A stretch of DNA of 11,732 nt from an uncultured bacterium (GTDB lineage Bacteria > CSSED10-310 > CAZUFC01). Position 1 is the stretch's first letter; the number at the start of each line of letters is the position of its first letter. The DNA lies in NCBI GenBank assembly GCA_964619725.1, contig CAZUFC010000194.1, forward strand, positions 1 to 11,732. Reading direction: 5' to 3'. Shown one piece after another: positions 7,246-11,732 of the stretch. Below the pieces are notes generated by a model. It saw only the letters and a list, made by a program, of their open reading frames with translations. It was not told the origin of the DNA and made no database searches. The translations under genes were made by a program, and so were the position numbers.

Positions 7246-8319
7246 TTAAAGAATTTTTCGGAGGACCGGAGTATTTCGAACGATCTGGGATGCGAGAAGG
7301 CTTAAGAGTAAAGTCAATCCTGCGATAAAGGGCACGACGGCGGGATGTATCATATTCAATGTAACGTAAAAAAACACTCCGACATGGCTGAGAATATAGG
7401 GATCATGAAGAAGATAAACGGGCCAGGCGTTTTTACCCAGAAAGCGGAGGATGCCGGGGCCTCGCATGAATCCCCAGGCCGGGAAAGGCAATACCAGGGC
7501 TAAAGGCAATGAAATTTGGATGATAAGTTCCGCATAATGAATCATAGCGGCATTCAGGCTGAGCGAACGGATGGCCATTGCGATTACGGTCAGAAAGACG
7601 GCGGAAATCGCTGGTATTCGCAATCCCCGTGGATTTCTCTCAGCAAGTCTCTCGCTTATGATGCTTCCCATATCGTAGATCAGCAGGAAACGGAGATAAT
7701 TCAACGGGTAAAAAAGATCATTCCAGGGGATGACAAAAAAAAGCGCTGCACCGGTGATCAGGCGGATGATGTTCCAGGGAATGAATTTCCGCCAAATTGG
7801 ATATGAAATGCTGACTATGAACAGCATCAGGAGGAACCAGAGCTGATAAGCCGGATTCAAAGGCGTCAGAAGCATTTGGAAGAAGTGAGCCCCGGACTCG
7901 ATAGGAAAGGCTGTTAAACCTGTTCCGTATTTTTCGTTTAATATGAAAAAGATTTGTCCCATAATGATATACAGCAGGGTAAAAATGAAATAGGGCCTGA
8001 TGACGCGCCGGGTTCGATTCTTCAAATATGAAAGATAACCGATATCGCCGGAGCTGATGGATTTCAAGCCGAATTTTATGCCCGATATAAATACGAAAAC
8101 ACTGATCGAAAACCTCATCAAAGAATCCAGGAGCCTGTAGTCGAGTTCGTGGTGCACGAGGGCAAGAGAAGCGCCGCAGCCGACCACGGTATAATTGGCC
8201 AGGGAGTGAAGCATAATAACCCGAAGTATAGCCAAACCCGCAACAGCATCCAGATAATGAAGATAAATTCTTGAGTTTTGAGTTGCGCTTTTCATTTTCT
8301 TTGCACCTTGACCCATCAC
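7246..8319 (-). CDS. Acyltransferase family 3 (OafA/WecH-like membrane O-acyltransferase), AT3-only; true start possibly ATG at 8295
   Basis: About 10 TM segments. AT3 motifs: YLDAVAGLAILRVIMLH, FVFISG, KNRTRRVIRPY (RxxR), YQLWFL and FLGKNAWPVYLLH. AAGGTG precedes the ATG at 8295. Confidence 0.88.
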   Translation of the reverse strand: MMGQGAKKMKSATQNSRIYLHYLDAVAGLAILRVIMLHSLANYTVVGCGASLALVHHELDYRLLDSLMRFSISVFVFISGIKFGLKSISSGDIGYLSYLKNRTRRVIRPYFIFTLLYIIMGQIFFILNEKYGTGLTAFPIESGAHFFQMLLTPLNPAYQLWFLLMLFIVSISYPIWRKFIPWNIIRLITGAALFFVIPWNDLFYPLNYLRFLLIYDMGSIISERLAERNPRGLRIPAISAVFLTVIAMAIRSLSLNAAMIHYAELIIQISLPLALVLPFPAWGFMRGPGILRFLGKNAWPVYLLHDPYILSHVGVFFYVTLNMIHPAVVPFIAGLTLLLSLLASQIVRNTPVLRKIL

Positions 8320-8554
8320 TGAATTTTATACCCGATTTTTCCTTTTAAGGTAAGACAAAATATTATCGCCAAAAGCAACAGACATTCAGCATGAAAATCG
8401 GGAGCTGTTGAAAAATTGGGACTGATCAGACCGGGATTACACTTCGACCTATCCAAAAAAATCGGCGAATGAAATCCCCCTTAAAAAAATTCCACATTGA
8501 TCAAAGAGCGTCTTTTGAGGTTACAATTCGACAGAATCTCCCATCATTTTGTTT

Positions 8555-8596
8555 CGATTTCGATACCGATTGCGATCCCGATACCGACCCCGATTA
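8555..8596. repeat. Degenerate hexamer tandem repeat (CGAYNN)x7
   Basis: CGATTT CGATAC CGATTG CGATCC CGATAC CGACCC CGATTA. Confidence 0.85.
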
Positions 8597-8821
8597 CTGA
8601 GACAAAATGTCAAAGTTTTCAAAGAACTGTAACCCCGGTTTGATCAATCCCAAAAAACCCATAAAATAATTCATGTTGCAAAGTCTCCTCTTTGGATGTC
8701 CTCCAAAATTTTAAAGGCGAAAAACGCATTTTTAATGAATGCCGTAATTTTAAACTCTCATACACATTTAATTTTGCGGAATGCAAACCTCGGAATGTGC
8801 GCTTTTAATAAATGTCCATTT

Positions 8822-8850
8822 TTGACTATTTACTCTTTTTTAAATACTCT
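8822..8850 (+). promoter_or_regulatory. Putative sigma70 promoter for the beta-helix gene
   Basis: TTGACT at 8822-8827, a 17-nt spacer, then TACTCT at 8845-8850, with AT-rich sequence upstream. RBS GAGGAG at 8944-8949. Confidence 0.55.
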
Positions 8851-8956
8851 CATTCCCGTCGACAGGAAGAAACCTTCACATGTCGACTGCAATGAATGGA
8901 CATTTCCTTACTTTTAATCCTCTTGGTGGAATTAAAAAGGAGAGAGGAGCTCAAGT

Positions 8957-10966
8957 ATGAAATTAAAATCACTGTCGCTTTCGCAGCCTTATCTTTCGAA
9001 TAAGCGGAAATTATGGTCGACTGTCGTCTTTCTGATGTTCGTGATCATGATGAACGCAGGGATATGCGCCGGATCAACGTACTATTCGGATTATTGCGAT
9101 CCCGGCGCGGACGATTCAGGACCCGGGACAATGGAGCAGCCCTGGCGCCATTGTCCGGGGATGCCGGGATGGGAAGGGACGATTCAATTGAATGGCGGCG
9201 ACGTCGTGTATTTTTGCAACAGCAGCGTCTGGGAGGTTTCCGAAGGCGACAGCGGTATTCAGATCACAGGCGGCGTAACTTATGACGGTAAGAGTTGGGG
9301 TTCGGGCAGTCGTGCGACTTTACGCGCTATGGATGAGTTATCCCGTGCTGTGATTAACGTCATGGAGGACCATCCTACTGAAGAAACAGTTATCCGGGGT
9401 TTCGAGGTGGATGCCGGCAACAAGGCCACATCAGGGATTACGATGAACTGGCCGCATATGCAGCGGGATTTGACAGGGGCTATGAAAAGGGTCGAGGACT
9501 GCGTGGTGCATGACGTCAGCAGTCGGTCGAACCTTAATCAATATGAATACGGCATCCTGATAGGCGGCTGGTTCGGATATCGCACCAGTAACGTGGAGAT
9601 ACTGGATTGTCTGGTATATGACGTTTCCCGCGTTGGCATTGCCTGTTATCCCGGCAACGACGTTCCGGAAAACCATGTGGAGAACGTGGTCATCAGGGGT
9701 TGCGAGGTTTACAATGCCGGACTCGATCCCGATTCGCCCGGAGCAGGATTCGGCATAGCGCTCAAGAACCATGTGGCGAATGCCGTGGTTGAATATAATT
9801 ATCTTCACCAGGCAAAGGTTTCCGGCATTGTGTTGACTTGTCATCCTGAACCGGGGTTCCGGGGTCCTGAAAATGCTGTGATCAGGCATAATATAGTTCA
9901 CAATTGCCGTCAATGGGGCATTTACCTGGAGAAATCCGGCGACAAGAGCGCTGCGATTTACGGCAATCTGATTTTTCATAACGCCTATGAGGGAATACTG
10001 CTGGCATCTTCGTTGAGCGACGGGCTTTCACTGAGCATCTTCAACAATACTCTTTATCATAACTATCAATTGGATTGGTCCCAGGAGGTTCGAATATCGA
10101 GCAGCAATGCGGAGATTGATTATCTTGATTTCAGCAACAACTTGATTTACGCGTCCGGGATGACGCGTTGCCTGCTTGACGACGATAACGAAATAACGTC
10201 TCATTCGAATAATTTATACTACCGGGAGCACGGAGCGGCTCTCGTCGTGGTCGGCGATGAAGGATATACCGCTGACACCATTGCAGAGTGGGAACCCACG
10301 GCCCTTACAGGAAATCCGAAACTGGTCGACGTCACATCCCTGCCTTCCGGGTTCTCCGGCGTTTACGGAGTGGACCTCGAACCGAACGCCGAGGGATTGA
10401 ACATTGCTCCTCTCTCGTCCGCCCTGGATTACGGAATCCCGCTGGGAGAATCATACAACACAAGCATCAACAGCATACAGCGTCCCGCAGGCGACGGCTG
10501 GGACCTGGGTGCATATGAGCGGAGTGCAGCTCCGACACCGGAACCTACGGCGACCCCCGCGGAATTCTCCCCCACTCCCTCGCCGCCGCCTCTGGGCGTG
10601 AGAATCATTCTGTCGACTGAATACGTCCGTCCCGGCGAACTTTTCTATGTATGGGCTTACCTGGACAATCCGGGTCCCTCCATGTTGACGGATATCCCCC
10701 TGTTTTTCATGCTGGGCGTCTACGGAGAATACTGGTTCTGGCCAAGCTGGAGCGCCGGCGAGTCGCCCGAACAGGAAGGAATGGATTTCCAATACCGTGA
10801 CATACCCCCGGGATCGACATTCGTCAATGTTCTGCCGGCATTCGCCTGGCCCGATACCGGCACGCTTGAAATGACAGGCCTGATTTTTTACGGCGCCATG
10901 CTGGACCAATCCTTCGCTTTTGTTCTCGGACAACCGGCCATACAAGTTTGGGGCTTCGGTCCCTGA
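8957..10966 (+). CDS. Secreted right-handed parallel beta-helix (pectin-lyase-like) protein with choice-of-anchor-Q-like motif, Pro/Thr linker and conserved ~124-aa C-terminal domain
   Basis: 669 aa with a long signal peptide ending about NAGICAG. N-cap TYY...GADDSGPGTMEQPW. PbH1-like repeats: NVEILDCLVYD, NVVIRGCEVYN, NAVVEYNYLH, NAVIRHNIVHN, IYGNLIFHN and IFNNTLYHN. Closing motif SSALDYG...RPAGDGWDLGAYE. Linker at 10523-10591, CTD at 10592-10963. Confidence 0.85.
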   Translation: MKLKSLSLSQPYLSNKRKLWSTVVFLMFVIMMNAGICAGSTYYSDYCDPGADDSGPGTMEQPWRHCPGMPGWEGTIQLNGGDVVYFCNSSVWEVSEGDSGIQITGGVTYDGKSWGSGSRATLRAMDELSRAVINVMEDHPTEETVIRGFEVDAGNKATSGITMNWPHMQRDLTGAMKRVEDCVVHDVSSRSNLNQYEYGILIGGWFGYRTSNVEILDCLVYDVSRVGIACYPGNDVPENHVENVVIRGCEVYNAGLDPDSPGAGFGIALKNHVANAVVEYNYLHQAKVSGIVLTCHPEPGFRGPENAVIRHNIVHNCRQWGIYLEKSGDKSAAIYGNLIFHNAYEGILLASSLSDGLSLSIFNNTLYHNYQLDWSQEVRISSSNAEIDYLDFSNNLIYASGMTRCLLDDDNEITSHSNNLYYREHGAALVVVGDEGYTADTIAEWEPTALTGNPKLVDVTSLPSGFSGVYGVDLEPNAEGLNIAPLSSALDYGIPLGESYNTSINSIQRPAGDGWDLGAYERSAAPTPEPTATPAEFSPTPSPPPLGVRIILSTEYVRPGELFYVWAYLDNPGPSMLTDIPLFFMLGVYGEYWFWPSWSAGESPEQEGMDFQYRDIPPGSTFVNVLPAFAWPDTGTLEMTGLIFYGAMLDQSFAFVLGQPAIQVWGFGP

Positions 10967-11121
10967 TTTGAAATGAACTCGTCAAAAGCCTCCACTCCGA
11001 TGCAAAGGAAATCGGGAATATAGAAGCCCGCCCGACGCAGGACCGATAACCTGTAGGCTTTTTCCCCGACACGGACGCGTTCCCCTTCGCCGATCTCAGA
11101 TATGTCCAAAATATAAGTCAT
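10967..11121 (-). pseudogene. Truncated N-terminal fragment (~50 codons) of a PEP/pyruvate-binding (PPDK_N; PEP synthase / rifampicin phosphotransferase-like) protein
   Basis: MTYILDISEI...VGEKAYRLSVLRRAGFYIPDFLCIGVEAFDEF fits the family pattern VGGKxxxLxxLxxxGxxVPxGFxIxxxAFxxF. Its ATG overlaps the TGA of the upstream gene (ATGA, 11121-11118). Similarity ends where the convergent gene's stop lies, and the frame runs on antisense to 10888. Confidence 0.75.
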
Positions 11122-11570
11122 CTCTCAATCACCAGGTCCCTGACATTCTGAAAATGGCTTACGATGGAATATTTTTCTACAGTTATTTTTACCAGGGCGG
11201 TTGAATGCGCTGAAGCGAATTCCTCGAGATGAGGATGTTTTGACAAATAATGTTCCAGATAGCCGCCCCTAATCTCTTTGCTTTCTTCTGAAGCTCTCCC
11301 GTAAACCGTTACGGCTATCGCCTCATGAAAATCAGACACGCTGCGGGACCGGCTGTCTACCAATACGGCGACCTGCGGATTCGCCTGAAGATTTGAAAAC
11401 TTCCTGGTTGCTCTTGATGTGGTAAAAAAAATGTTTTTCAGATCGTCCGAAGCAACGAAAGCTATCAGACTCGTATGAGGTTGCAGGCCGTCCTGAGTAG
11501 CGAGAACTCCCAGCATTTGATTATCGAATAAATCCCTGACCAATTTTTGTTCATCGTTTGGCGTCGCCAA
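11118..11570 (-). CDS. Pyridoxamine 5'-phosphate oxidase-like (PNPOx, split-barrel flavin/F420-binding) protein
   Basis: 150 aa. Motifs: GVLAT...QPHTSLIAF, IFFTTSRATRKFSNLQANPQVAVLVD and AVTVYGRA. TTG start with RBS AGGAGG at 11581-11576. Confidence 0.9.
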   Translation of the reverse strand: MATPNDEQKLVRDLFDNQMLGVLATQDGLQPHTSLIAFVASDDLKNIFFTTSRATRKFSNLQANPQVAVLVDSRSRSVSDFHEAIAVTVYGRASEESKEIRGGYLEHYLSKHPHLEEFASAHSTALVKITVEKYSIVSHFQNVRDLVIER

Positions 11571-11647
11571 AATATCCTCCTGTTGAAATATTTCCGGTCC
11601 GTTTTACCGGTTAATTCCATCAGACAAAGTCTGAGTTTCACTTGAGT

Positions 11648-11677
11648 ATTTTATCAGTTTTAAAGTGGTTCAGTCAA
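11648..11677 (-). promoter_or_regulatory. Putative sigma70 promoter (extended -10) for the PNPOx-like operon
   Basis: On the minus strand: TTGACT (11677-11672), an 18-nt spacer ending TGA, then TAAAAT (11653-11648). Confidence 0.65.
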
Positions 11678-11732
11678 AATCCGGGTTTCAAAAATTTTGA
11701 ATTTTTCGCCGGCTTTCGCTTTGAAAAAACAG

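Noticed and set aside
8691-8707. Palindrome TTTGGA-N5-TCCAAA
   Set aside because: A single 6-bp-arm palindrome in AT-rich DNA, ~115 bp from the predicted promoter, is compatible with chance.
8696-8917. 73-aa intergenic ORF (also 3432-3626 and 7053-7328)
   Set aside because: No convincing RBS or protein-like features, and they run through predicted promoter or terminator regions.
8770-8940. Known riboswitch (e.g. c-di-GMP-I) upstream of the beta-helix gene
   Set aside because: GCAAAC and GAAA-like fragments are present, but I could not fit the full consensus and stem order. Reported only as unexplained structure.
8957-10522. Assigning a specific polysaccharide lyase or hydrolase family to the beta-helix protein
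   Set aside because: The fold is evident, but I could not identify family-diagnostic catalytic motifs by eye.
433-10945. Numerous short alternative-frame or antisense ORFs (e.g. 2086-2433, 4868-5497, 5848-6177, 6774-7151, 9431-9979, 10451-10945)
   Set aside because: They overlap well-supported long genes and have no recognisable motifs, as expected for shadow ORFs.

Overview
Bacterial chromosomal window dominated by cell-envelope and secretion genes. In order: (1) a ~222-bp tandem repeat unit with 9-bp sub-repeats and terminal inverted repeats; (2) a 1016-aa secreted C25 (gingipain-like) cysteine peptidase with a 7-repeat beta-propeller; (3) divergently, a 67K-type sppA followed by a DUF2723/TMEM260-like GT-C membrane glycosyltransferase; (4) a convergent acyltransferase-3 gene; (5) a 669-aa secreted right-handed beta-helix protein; (6) on the minus strand, a PNPOx-like flavin-binding protein translationally coupled to a ~50-codon remnant of a PEP-synthase/PPDK-type gene. 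The main signal is that the two otherwise unrelated secreted proteins both end in a Pro/Thr linker plus the same ~120-aa C-terminal domain (39/116 identical by hand alignment, both ending aromatic-x-aromatic-Gly-Pro-stop). This domain is a candidate sorting or anchoring signal that does not look like the classical T9SS CTD. The two genes bracket a signal-peptide peptidase, a putative protein O-glycosyltransferase and an O-acyltransferase, and their upstream regions share a 10-bp near-palindromic motif. All family calls come from motif recognition by eye; no searches were run.
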